From the NCBI RefSeq assembly GCF_009914755.1, contig NC_060935.1: DNA of 64,000 nucleotides. One strand, written 5' to 3'. The DNA comes from the human T2T-CHM13v2.0 reference genome, Homo sapiens. A program made the translations under genes and the position numbers. The stretch's first letter is position 1; every line of letters starts with the position of its first letter. Below the pieces are notes generated by a model. The model made no database searches, was not told the DNA's origin, and was given only the letters and a program-made list of their open reading frames with translations. Positions 27,097-39,895 of this stretch are shown in pieces.

Positions 27097-27150
27097 GGAT
27101 ATATATAGGGAGTTTATTAAGTGTATATATATATATGTGTGTGTGTGTGT

Positions 27151-30100
27151 ATATATACATAAGTGTATATACATAAGTGTATATATAAACATAAGTGTAT
27201 ATACATAAGTGCATATATAAACATAAGTGTATATACATAAGTGCATATATATACATAAGTGTATATACATAAGTGCATATATACATAAGTGTATATACAT
27301 AAGTGCGTATATATACATAAGTGTATATACATAAGTGCGTATATATACATAAGTGTATATACATAAGTGCGTATATATACATAAGTGTATATACATAAGT
27401 GCGTATATATACATAAGTGTATATACATAAGTGCGTATATATACATAAGTGTATATACATAAGTGTATATACATAAGTGCGTATATATACATAAGTGTAT
27501 ATACATAAGTGCGTATATATACATAAGTGTATATACATAAGTGCGTATATATACATAAGTGTATATATAAGTGCGTATATATACATAAGTGTATATATAT
27601 AAGTGCGTATATATACATAAGTGTATATATATATAAGTGTGTATATATACATAAGTGTATATAAATAAGTGTGTATATATACATAAGTGTATATATATAA
27701 GTGTGTATATATACATAAGTGTATATATATAAGTGTGTATATATACATAAGTGTATATATATAAGTGTGTATATATACATAAGTGTATATATATAAGTGT
27801 GTATATATACATAAGTGTATATATATAAGTGTGTATATATACATAAGTGTATATATATAAGTGTGTATATATACATAAGTGTATATATATAAGTGTGTAT
27901 ATATACATAAGTGTATATATATAAGTGTGTATATATACATAAGTGTATATAAAGTGTGTATATATACATAAGTGTACATATATACATAAGTGTACATATA
28001 TACATAAGTGTATATATATACATAAGTGTATATATACATAAGTGTATATATATACATAAGTGTATATATACATAAGTGTATATATATACATAAGTGTATA
28101 TATATAAGTGTATATATATACATAAGTGTATATATATAAGTGTATATATATACATAAGTGTATATATATACATAAGTGTATATATATAAGTGTATATATA
28201 TACATAAGTGTATATATATGTGTATATATATACATAAGTGTATATATATAAGTGTATATATATACATAAGTGTATATATATCAGTGTATATATATACATA
28301 AGTGTATATATATAAGTGTATATATATACATAAGTGTATATATATACATAAGTGTATATATATAAGTGTATATATATACATAAGTGTATATATATAAGTG
28401 TATATATATACATAAGTGTATATATATAAGTGTATATATATACATAAGTGTATATATACATAAGTGTATATATATAAGTGTATATATATACATAAGTGTA
28501 TATATATAAGTGTATATATATACATAAGTGTATATATATAAGTGTATATATATACATAAGTGTATATATATAAGTGTATATATACATAAGTGTATATATA
28601 TAAGTGTATATATATACATAAGTGTATATATATATAAGTGTATATATATACATAAGTGTATATATATATAAGTGTATATATATACATAAGTGTATATATA
28701 TATAAGTGTATATATATACATAAGTGTATATATATATAAGTGTATATATATACATAAGTGTATATATATATAAGTGTATATATATACATAAGTGTATATA
28801 TATATAAGTGTATATATATACATAAGTGTATATATATATAAGTGTATATATATACATAAGTGTATATATATATAAGTGTATATATATACATAAGTGTATA
28901 TATATATAAGTGTATATATATACATAAGTGTATATATATACGTAAGTGTATATATATATAAGTGTATATATATACGTAAGTGTATATATAAGTGTATATA
29001 TATACGTAAGTGTATATATAAGTGTATATATATACGTAAGTGTATATATAAGTGTATATATATACGTAAGTGTATATATAAGTGTATATATATACGTAAG
29101 TGTGTATATATAAGTGTATATATATACGTAAGTGTATGTATACAAGTGTATATATATACGTAAGTGTATGTATACAAGTGTACATATATACGTAAGTGTA
29201 TGTATACAAGTGTACATATATACGTAAGTGTATATACATAAGTGTACATATATACGTAAGTGTATATACATAAGTGTACATATATACGTAAGTGTATATA
29301 TATATAAGTGTATATATATACGTAAGTGTATATATATAAGTGTATATATATACGTAAGTGTATATATACATAAGTGTATATATATAAGTGTATATATATA
29401 CATAAGTGTATATATATATAAGTGTATATATATACATAAGTGTATATATACATAAGTGTATATATATACATAAGTGTATATATACATAAGTGTATATATA
29501 TACATAAGTGTATATATACATAAGTGTATATATATACAAGTGTATATATATACATAAGTGTATATATATACAAGTGTATATATATACATAAGTGTATATA
29601 TATATAAGTGTATATATATACATAAGTGTATATATATAAGTGTATATATATACATAAGTGTATATATATATAAGTGTATATATATACATAAGTGTATATA
29701 TATATAAGTGTATATATATACATAAGTGTATATATATAAGTGTATATATATACATAAGTGTATATATAAGTGTATATATATACATAAGTGTATATATAAG
29801 TGTATATATATACATAAGTGTATATACATAAGTGTATATATATAAGTGTATATATATACATAAGTGTATATATATAAGTGTATATATATACATAAGTGTA
29901 TATATATAAGTGTATATATATACATAAGTGTATATATATAAGTGTATATATATACATAAGTGTATATATATAAGTGTATATATATACATAAGTGTATATA
30001 TATAAGTGTATATATATACATAAGTGTATATATATAAGTGTATATATATACATAAGTGTATATATATAAGTGTATATATATACATAAGTGTATATATATA

Positions 30101-31180
30101 AGTGTATATATATACATAAGTGTATATATATAAGTGTATATATATACATAAGTGTATATATATACATAAGTGTATATATATACATAAGTGTATATATATA
30201 AGTGTATATATATACATAAGTGTATATATATATAAGTGTATATATATACATAAGTGTATATATATAAGTGTATATATATACATAAGTGTATATATATAAG
30301 TGTATATATATACATAAGTGTATATATATATAAGTGTATATATATACATAAGTGTATATATATATAAGTGTATATATATACATAAGTGTATATATATATA
30401 AGTGTATATATATACATAAGTGTATATATATAAGTGTATATATATACATAAGTGTATATATATAAGTGTATATATATACATAAGTGTATATATATAAGTG
30501 TATATACATAAGTGTATATATATAAGTGTATATATATACATAAGTGTATATATATAAGTGTATATATATACATAAGTGTATATATATAAGTGTATATATA
30601 TACATAAGTGTATATATATAAGTGTATATATATACATAAGTGTGTATATAAGTGTATATATATACATAAGTGTGTATATATAAGTGTATATATATACATA
30701 AGTGTGTATATATAAGTGTATATATATACATAAGTGTATATATATAAGTGTATATATATACATAAGTGTATATACATAAGTGTATATATATACATAAGTG
30801 TATATACATAAGTGTATACATATAAGTGTATATATATACATAAGTGTATACATATAAGTGTATATATATACATAAGTGTATACATATAAGTGTATATATA
30901 TACATAAGTGTATACATATAAGTGTATATATATACATAAGTGTATACATATAAGTGTATATATATACATAAGTGTATACATATAAGTGTATATATATACA
31001 TAAGTGTATACATATAAGTGTATATATATACATAAGTGTATATATATAAGTGTATATATATACATAAGTGTATATATATAAGTGTATATATATACATAAG
31101 TGTATATATATAAGTGTATATATATACATAAGTGTATATATAAGTGTATATATATATAAGTGTATATATATAAGTGTATA
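27151..31180. repeat. ~4 kb minisatellite of AAGTG(TA)n[CA]T monomers, often a 14+18 = 32-bp dimer
   Basis: More than 200 monomers anchored on taagtg; variants are clustered in blocks. Confidence 0.97.
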
Positions 31181-31195
31181 TATATGTGTATATAT

Positions 31196-32118
31196 ATACA
31201 CTTAATAAACTCAATAAAACTAAATAAAAGATATATATATCGGGATATATATATCTCCTATATATATATATCGGGATATATATATCTCTGATATATATAT
31301 ATATCGGGATATATATATCTCTGATATATATATATCTCTTATATATATAAATCTCTGATATATATATCTCTTATATATATAATATATATCTCTGATATAT
31401 ATATCTCTTATATATATAATATATATCTCTGATATATATATCTCTTATATATATAATATATATCTCCCTCCTATATATATATAGGAGATATATATATCTC
31501 TGATATATATATCTCCTATATATAATATATATCTCCTATATATATTATATATATCTCCTATATATATAATAGATATCTCCTATATATATTATATATATAT
31601 ATCCTATATATATTATATAGAGATTATACATATATTGGGATATATGTTAATACTTTATGTATATATGTTAATACTTAATAAACTCCCTATATATATCCCA
31701 ATATATATATCCCTATATTAAGTATATATACTTATATTAGTATATATATACTTATATTAAGTATATATACTTATATTAGTATATATATACTTATATTAAG
31801 TATATATATATACTTAATATATATACTATATATAATATATAATATTTAGTTTAAGTATATATATACTTATATTAAGTATATATATACACTTATATTAGGT
31901 ATAGATATACTTATATTAACTATATATATACTTAATAAACTATTATATACTTAATAAACTAAATAAACTAAAGATATATATATATCTGGATATACATATC
32001 TCATATATATAGATCTCCTATATATATATAATATATAGATCTCCTATATATATATAATATATAGATCTCCTATATATATATAATATATATCTCTCCTATA
32101 TATATATAATATATATCT
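31196..32118. repeat. Patchwork of short AT-rich sub-arrays and palindromes made from LTR junction words
   Basis: Repeated atatcgggat, atctctgatat, ctcctatatata, aagtatatatactt and cttaataaact. Confidence 0.9.
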
Positions 32119-33726
32119 CTCCTATTAATTCTGTCCCTTTAAGAGAACCCTGCCTAATACAATCTTCTACCTTGGCTGCCTCTCTTCCAAATCCACAGTG
32201 CTTGCTGGAATGAAGGCACCACAGAGGAAGCCTCCTTCGTTGAGTCCCTGCTCATTGCTGGACAGCAAGCTCTGCCCAGACCCCTCCGTAAAGGAGGGTT
32301 TAATCTTCTTTGCCCCATATATTTCATGCTTGTTTCCCCTATCTTCCTCTCACATTATCTCAATAGTAAAATGGTCAGTGCTCCACACACAAACTGATCT
32401 GATAACATTTAGTTGAAATGATTAAATTTAGCAAAATATTGGAGTAAAATTATTTAGTTCTGTGATACTATGTGGTTGGATCAAAATGATTTTCATTTCT
32501 TTGCTTAGTTCTGTTTTTCTACAGTATCAGGTTACTTAACTCTATCTTGTCAAATATCAGATTTGGGAATGTCAGGATAATAAAAGCAAGTTTTATTATT
32601 TCAAGATGGATATTTGGCGTTGTGTAGTCATAGCTTATCTGAGATAATATTTTAAGGATTAATATTGGAGCAGAACTAGAAGAAAGACATAGTTATTTAG
32701 CATACATGTGACATTTATGTCAAACAAGCATGGATTGAAATAAACCAATTTAATTTCCAAAAGCCCATTGCATTTAGCAGAAAATTTTGCATAATGCATG
32801 TAAACCTGTGCCATTGCCCCATAAGTCAAACTCTTCAAATTACTACTGGAGATTTCAATTCAACCCAAGCAAATGCATAGTATATATGTGCTTATATATA
32901 TGTAAAAATCTGAAGCCTCTGAGACAAAAGTCTTAAGACAATGTAGCAGGTGTCAATTTTTTACCAAGATAATGATGAGAACCCTAAATCAGAATGTTAC
33001 ATACTTAAAACCAATTTGTTTCAGTGGCATATACTCAAGTGTCAAGTATCAAATGCTTATTCAAAGAGAGACCTCATATGTCAGGTTTGTGCAAGACTGT
33101 TTCTGTTTATTTTCTTCCTTTAAGTATGCTCTTGTATCCCAAAGTATTTTCTTAAGGCTGAAATTTAGCCATCTGTGGTACAGGAACACAGGACTGGGAA
33201 GAACTTGACCCAGTTCCTTCAGGGATTACTTCTTGAACTCCTGAAAACTGTATTTAAAGTGGCTTACAAATGGCTGAGAATTCTTGCTTGATATTTTAAA
33301 ACCTATGATGGGAATCAGTTTTGGCTTTGAAACCAGGACTTAAGAGTATTAACACTAGGTCCTTCTTCTTAATCACAAGGCAAAAACTGCATGTAAATTT
33401 GGTACAACAATGATCGGCCACTTGGAATAAAACTCAAGATGCTGGAAAACATTGATTAGCCTTGAATACCATGTTAAAGGTAGAGTCTTGTTAAGTATAC
33501 CTACCAATACAGAGCCCTGTAATAGTACCAAACTGTTAAAAGGTAGAGGTGACCATAGAGCCCTCCTCCGTATGGGGAGCTCTGTTACTCTTGGGGTATG
33601 GCGTATTATAGTGACTACTGGGTTTCCTTATCAGGAAACTTTGGGTGAAATTTGGCTCTGCCTATATTTGAATCTCAAGCAAGTTACCTTGAGGAGTCAA
33701 CAACTCTGAGGCTTAATGAACTAAGA

Positions 33727-34202
33727 CAGTGATTCTCAAACTTTTCTGTCTCAGGATTCCTTTATACTCACAAAGTTAGTGAGGACCCCAAAGAACCTTT
33801 GTTTATGTACATTGTATCTGTTGATATTTTCCACATTAGACATTAAAACTGAACATTTAAAAATATGTATTCATTTAAAAATAACAATAAACCCACCGTA
33901 GACTAACATAAAATATATTTTTATGGAAAAATAACTATATTTTGCAAAAATATTAGAGAGGAGCATTGTTTCACATTTCTGCAAATTTCTTTAGTGTTTA
34001 ACAGAAGGCAGCTAGAGTTAAGACTGCATTCAATCTGTACTGATATCGTACTTCATGTAGCCTCAGGTAAACACTGCATACTTGAGAGAATGGAAGTGAA
34101 AAAGGCACTCATTTTAGTATCACTATGAAAATTGTTTTCACCTCATGGACTGCCTAAAAAAGGGACCACCAGGGGTCCCCACTCCACACTTTGAGAACTA
34201 CT
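33727..34202. mobile_element. Charlie4a-like hAT DNA transposon
   Basis: TIRs cagtgattctcaaa...tttgagaactact; internal gaggaccccaaagaacctttgtttatgt. Confidence 0.8.
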
Positions 34203-34224
34203 TTCCTTAGAAATGATACCGAAT

Positions 34225-34460
34225 AATAACAATAATAATAAGCATAGCTAATGTTACTTAAATGCTTGCCCTGTGCTTCTCCCTATTTTAAATGTTTTTT
34301 ATTATTATCTCACTTAATTCTTCTAGCAACTGAATAAGGTAGATATTATATAGCATTGTCTTTATTCTCCAGATGAGAAAACTGAAGCAGAAGGAAGTTC
34401 TGACTTCCCAAGGTCACACAGATCATAAATGATAGAGCGAGGATAGGAGCCCAGGTACAG
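34225..34460 (-). mobile_element. MIR
   Basis: cagatgagaaaactgaagcaga...ttcccaaggtcacacag. Confidence 0.7.
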
Positions 34461-34559
34461 TGTTGTCATAAAGATCAACAGTATTAGACAACAGTGTGGT
34501 GGTGGCAGAGGTGACGGTGGTGATCATACAGTGGCACTGTATGCTATCTAATGTTTAGG

Positions 34560-34700
34560 AAACACAGGCTATGTAAAATGCTGGGTGCCTTCCATGCATC
34601 ATCTCATTTTCTCCTCACAACAGATCTAGGATGTACTTTTATTATCATCATCATTTGACAGATAAGGAAACTGAGTCTTTCCTAAGATCATATTTAGTAT
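34560..34700 (-). mobile_element. MIR fragment
   Basis: ctcatttt...cctcacaac...tttgacagataaggaaactgag. Confidence 0.55.
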
Positions 34701-34766
34701 GTAGGAAAACTATATAAACTCTCTAACTATAAAGTTTTGTTACTACTATAATTAAACATAAAATTA

Positions 34767-35078
<312 letters not shown>

Positions 35079-36364
35079 CTAAGATTAGATGCTGTAATCT
35101 GATACCTCATTTAACTGGCATCATAAGATCCAGTTATCTCTGCAGATGTGAATTTCCCAGAGTAGTTCATTTTTACTACTTTGTGGCCCAACTGTTTAAG
35201 GTATAACCATAATGATGGAAGAAATCATTATGAGCATCAATTTGGATGCTACGCCTTCCTGTGGAGATGCACTGGAGGCTGTTGAGATGGGAAAGCGTCG
35301 ATTTCCTGGTCAAATAATTCAAGGATACTCTGCATGCTGTGGCAGTGTTTTCTTTCAGGGTTTGTGTACCTTTCCTGTTTTTACTATCCCCTCCTTATAA
35401 ATTCAGTAGTATTTTTTTTTTTTTCAGATTTAGCCCTTTTGCCTGATTTTAGCCAACTCTCTTTTTGCTTGCTTGTAAATTATTCCTTCCATTTTGTCCT
35501 CTTGGGGAACTAGGCAACCACGTTTGCCTGTACGTATTGCGAGTAAAATAAAGGCAAAACCTATCTGAGTCTATGGACTCCGAATATTTGTTTAGATTGC
35601 TCCAAATTCTTCTGCTTACTTCCACTTGATTGGCCTTACTCACACAAATGCAGTTGCTACCTAAGCACTTTCATATAAGTGAGATTTTACCAAGCGATCA
35701 CAACTTCTGAAAGATGGCGAGTTTTAATGCCATTTACTAGGAGAGTAATTTGCATATGGGCTTTCTTTTCCTGTATTTTTACATTTCAGAGCTCTGCTAT
35801 TAACTACACTTAAAAAAAATCCTTCAGAGGAAACCAAATATGCCTTGTTCCAATTCCAATAAGGTTGCTTTCAATATTTTGAACTTGTAGTCACGGTTGA
35901 GATGACTTAATTTAAAACACATTTGGAAGCGCAACTGAGCCTAACCTATGTAGGTAGCTTCATTATTTTCTTGGAGGGGTTCACTTTCTGTTGTTTTGTT
36001 TTTGTCTAAACTCATGGCCCAGCGTTATTTATGTTCTTCTATATCTGAGATGTATCTCTAGTAAAAATAAAATAAAAGGAAAGCCGCTATTGTCAGATTG
36101 GAACGAAGTGGTAAAAACAAAAACAGAAAACAAAAATAAAGAACAGGAGGAGCCAAAGTCTGAGAAGAAAGAAACATAAATCATTGTTGTACTAGATTAA
36201 AATCAATTCAACAAACAATTATATGCACTGAGGACTGGTCCAAGGGATAAACTTGCAAAGTCTTCTAATCACATCCCTAATAAAACTCAAAGTCTAGGAT
36301 CTGGCGCCTATCTACCCAGCTAGGCTGCCTCTCCTCCTGGCCTTATATGTTCCACAGAAACGCT

Positions 36365-37265
36365 ACCAAAAGCAGTATGAAGCTTCCTCAAAAAATTACA
36401 AATAGAATTACCATATGATAAAACAATTCTGCTCCTGGGCATATACCCAAAAGAATTGAAAGCAGGGGCTCAAACAGACACGCATACACCCATGTTCATA
36501 GCAGCATTATTCACAACAGCCAACAGAGGGAAGCAACCCGTGTGTCCATCAATGGATGAACAAAATGTGGCATATATATGTAATGGAATATTATTCAGCC
36601 TTTAAAAAGAAGGAAAATCGGCTGGGTGTGGTGGCTTTTGCCTGTGATCCCAGCACTTTGGGAGGCTGAGGCTGGTGGATCACTTGAGGTTAGGAGTTTG
36701 AGACCAGCCTCGCTAACATGGTGAAACTCCATCTCTACTGAAAATACAAAAATTAGCAGGGCGTGGTGGCGGGCCCCTGTAATCCCAGCTACTCAGAAGG
36801 CTGAGGCAGGAGAATCACTTGACCTTGGGAGGCCGAGGTTGCAGTTTGCTGAGATTGTGCCACTGCACTTCAGCCTGGACAGCAGAGGGAGACTCCGTCT
36901 TGAAAAAAAAAGAAAAAAGGAAATTCTGATACATGTTACAACATGGATGAATGTCAAAGACATACTAAGTGGCATGAGCCAGTCACAAAAGGACAAATAC
37001 TGTATGATTCCACTTATATGAGGTACCTAGAGTAGTCAAATTCACAGAGACCGAAAGCAGAAAGATGGTTGCCAGAGACTGGAAGGAGAGAGTGATTGGG
37101 AGTGTTTAATCGGTACAGAGTTTCAGTTTTGCAAGATGAAATAGTTCTGGAGATGGATGGTTTCACAACACTGTGAATGTACTTAGTGCTACAGACCTGT
37201 ACACTTAAAGATGGTTAAAATGGTAAATTTTAGGTTATATATATTTTGCCACAATTTTAGAAAAA
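36365..37265 (+). mobile_element. L1MB (L1MB3-like) 3' end interrupted by an Alu
   Basis: acccaaaagaattgaaagcagg...gccagtcacaaaaggacaaatactgtatgattccacttatatgaggtacctagagtagtcaaattc...atggttaaaatggtaaatttt. Confidence 0.9.
36620..36910 (+). mobile_element. AluSx-like
   Basis: Full dimer; degenerate TSD aaaaagaaggaaaatc / agaaaaaaggaaattc. Confidence 0.93.
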
Positions 37266-37998
37266 ATTTTTAAAAATTTTAGAAAGCCTACACATCCTTG
37301 CTGTTGTCATTCTGTTGCTTACTTAATATCTTACAGGCTGGATGCCTGAACACACTGACTTTGGTAAACTATCTTCAGTTTAATTATGCTAAGTAAGGCA
37401 GAAAGAGAGCAACTGACTTGCCACCAACAGGCTGGAAGGTTGCTGACAAAGCTCCACACAGAACCCAAGGGACTGGCCCCTGGCTCTGTGCAAAAGCCCC
37501 CGAGGCTTTGCCACTTCCCAGTGAATTCGTCACAGTAAGCCTGAGAAAGCAAATAGACACTGGGAAGGGGGCTGAGCTGGTTGCTTTGCTGATCATGGAC
37601 CAGCCTCAGAGAGAAGACACCTGTGATGTGACTTGGCCATTGTGTCTCCTCCACAGTGCTAAGCTCCTGCACTTCCATGCTTATTAAAAGTTATAATTCT
37701 GGAGACGAAACAGGGATACACTCATCTGGCTGTAATTCAGGACTGAGAAGAAAGCCTCACCTTCACCCTACCCAGCAAGCCTCCTCCCGCCTTCTTTCTC
37801 CACCCAAGAAATGCAACAAACTACTCTGTCGGGGATTTCTTTCCTCCCCATGACTGTTCTCTAATGAAGTGCAGGTGCGCGTGCAGCCAGTGGAGAATAT
37901 GAGAGGATGGGGCGCCAGGAGGGGTGAAGAATTTCCTGAGAAATTCAAGCCCTTAAATCGCTTCTCTTCCGTTAGCCAAAGAAAGTTTTTGGTTATAT

Positions 37999-38321
37999 CA
38001 GGAGGTTGGCAAAGTTTTTCTGTAAAGGGCCAGATATTAAATATTTTAGACTTTGTAGTTCCCCTGACAAGTATTCAGTTTTGCTCTTCTGTGGCAAAAA
38101 TGGCATAAATAATATGTAAAAAAAAATGTGTTTCAATAAAACTTTATTTATGGACACTAAAATTTGAATTTCACTATAATTTTCATGCGTCTCAAAATAT
38201 TATTTTTTAATTTTTCTAAATCATTAAAAAATGTGAAAACCATTCCTAGCTTGCAGGTCATACAATAAAACAGGCGGTAGGCCAGATCTGGGGACTATGG
38301 ACTGTTGTTTGTTCACCTCTG
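37999..38321. mobile_element. MER58B hAT MITE
   Basis: caggaggttggcaaagtttttctgtaaagggccagat...caataaaactttatttatggacact...aggccagatctgg...cacctctg. Confidence 0.85.
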
Positions 38322-38424
38322 GTTTGAATATTTATAATCTACCTACTTTTAAAAAATTAATGTAGCTCACGTGTTCTTGAGAGGAAAGGCAATACTATTT
38401 ATGGATAATTTGTTTAACGCAATT

Positions 38425-38680
38425 TAGCATAGCATGATGGTGAAGAGCATAGCTTCTGGGAGCAGAATGGTTGGGTTTAAATTCCAGCCCTGCTATTTAC
38501 AAGCTGTGTGACCTTAAGTAAATTACTTAAACTCTCTGAACCTGTGTTTCCTCATCTGCAAACAAGCTGACTCCAACAAAATCTACCCAACAGAGTTGTA
38601 TGGATTAAATGAAATAGTATGTGTTGAGGGCTTAGACTGTTGCCTGGTGCCTTGTAAATGTTAGATGCTATTTGCTATAT
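38425..38680 (+). mobile_element. MIR (near full length)
   Basis: agcatgatggtgaagagcat...gctgtgtgaccttaagtaaattacttaaactctctgaacctgtgtttcctcatctg. Confidence 0.8.
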
Positions 38681-38772
38681 GATAGCATTATCACATTTAA
38701 TCCTGCCAAACGGATATTATCACCATGTGATAAATACAAACAATAAATTTCAAGTCATTTAGGCAGCTTGCT

Positions 38773-39309
38773 TGTTGGGGGTCAGAAAACACTACCCCAA
38801 AGCCCTTTGAGCTGAAGGAGATTGAGAGGGCCTAGGAAGCAAGGTCTCTCTGACCTTCCACCACGTTCCTGTGCGAGAGCCAAACAGAAAGGAATTCTCT
38901 GTCTTACCTTTCCTGCAAGTAGATCGTAAGACCCTCATGTGAGAGATGAACCGCCCTGTATCTGGAGGAAAGAAATGCAGCACAGAGAGGCCGAGAAGCG
39001 TCTGAATAAATAGGCCTCTCTCAGCAACACGCTCCCGCCCCCCACAGTTCATTACCATAAGGCTCTGCCCCTTTCTGTTGTCCAATCACATTTCTTCACA
39101 CTTCTTTCGTCAGATTTACCGTTTCGTCAGATTTACAACGTTTTCCCTGGATCTTTGGGGTTTTTTTTATTTCTGAAGCCTCCTGAGTCACAAAAAACTT
39201 TTAAAATAAATTTGTTATGCTTTTCTCTTGTTAATCTGTCTTTTATTATAGGAGCGTCCACCATGTCCCTTGCAGTAAGTGAAAAAAAGTTATTTTTTTC
39301 TCCCCTCTG
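38773..39309 (+). mobile_element. ERV1 solo LTR, MER34/MER39 family
   Basis: tgttgggggtcagaaaacactaccccaaa...aagaccctcatgtga...AATAAAtttgttatgcttttctcttgttaatctgtc; 4-bp TSD TGCT at 38769-38772 and 39310-39313. Confidence 0.75.
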
Positions 39310-39729
39310 TGCTCAAGCTTCAAACAGAAGGGTGGTTCTAACACAGCCTATCTGCTGTGGTCCAGGCTCTTTCCTTCCATTCAAACCAGGCTGCCTCACT
39401 GCTCCTGTTAAGACTATTTCTGTAGCTTGTCATGTTGTTAATCACATATTTGCTGACAAATCTCCTTTCTCTTTTTGTTCCGTGATTCTTCTTTTGTTAG
39501 GTCTTCTCTTCTATTCCCTTCAAGAGTGCCGCTTCCTCTATCTCCAAAACTTCCCATTGCTGAGGTCCAGAATGTCTACTTTTTTGTCCTCTGCAACATT
39601 CCTCTAGTGTCTCCTGCAGCTTTGACGATAAACAATCGCCTTTTGCAAATGTGTCCCACAGCTCCACGTCTCCAGGTGCTACACAATTAGATGCTTCCAG
39701 AGGGCAGAACGTGCTAGATGGACTGTGAC

Positions 39730-39895
39730 ATCGAGTTGACCTGGCTTCACATCTCAGCACTGCCTCTCATTTACCGGAGGATATTGGGAAAATTGTGTAA
39801 CCTCTCTGAGTCTTGGTTTAGATATCAGTAAAATTGTGATAATAATAAGAACCCCCAGCTAAGGTTGTTATAAAGTGAAACGATGGACATAATGC
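39730..39895 (+). mobile_element. MIR
   Basis: taacctctctgagtcttggttt...gtaaaattgtgataataata. Confidence 0.55.

Larger units (their letters stand above)
20401..32161 (+). mobile_element. Near full-length HERV-L provirus (MLT2A LTRs, no env)
   Basis: TG...CA LTRs at both ends; perfect 5-bp TSD ATCTT (20396-20400 and 32162-32166); PBS, gag-pro-pol-dUTPase remnants and PPT in the expected order. Confidence 0.97.
26510..32161 (+). mobile_element. 3' LTR, MLT2A1-like, split by a ~5.2 kb AT-rich expansion
   Basis: 26510-26881 aligns with the first ~380 bp of the 5' LTR (about 42 substitutions and 2 indels by eye, ~11%). 32119-32161 (ctcctattaattctgtccc...aaccctgcctaataca) aligns with the last ~43 bp. 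Confidence 0.95.

Noticed and set aside
27151-31180. CRISPR-like appearance of regularly spaced short repeats
   Set aside because: There are no unique spacers and no cas genes, and the context is primate DNA. It is a tandem minisatellite.
26996-31214. Minus-strand ORFs of 1401, 1338, 977 and 372 aa (Y/I/T/H/L/C/M/V repeats)
   Set aside because: The reverse complement of the AAGTG(TA)n unit contains no stop codon, so all three frames stay open; a single tca variant at 28281 closes one of them. There is no promoter, domain or codon evidence, so this is a repeat artefact.
39155-39607. 150-aa hydrophobic ORF
   Set aside because: It begins inside an LTR with a non-ATG codon and reflects pyrimidine-rich composition; there is no homology evidence.
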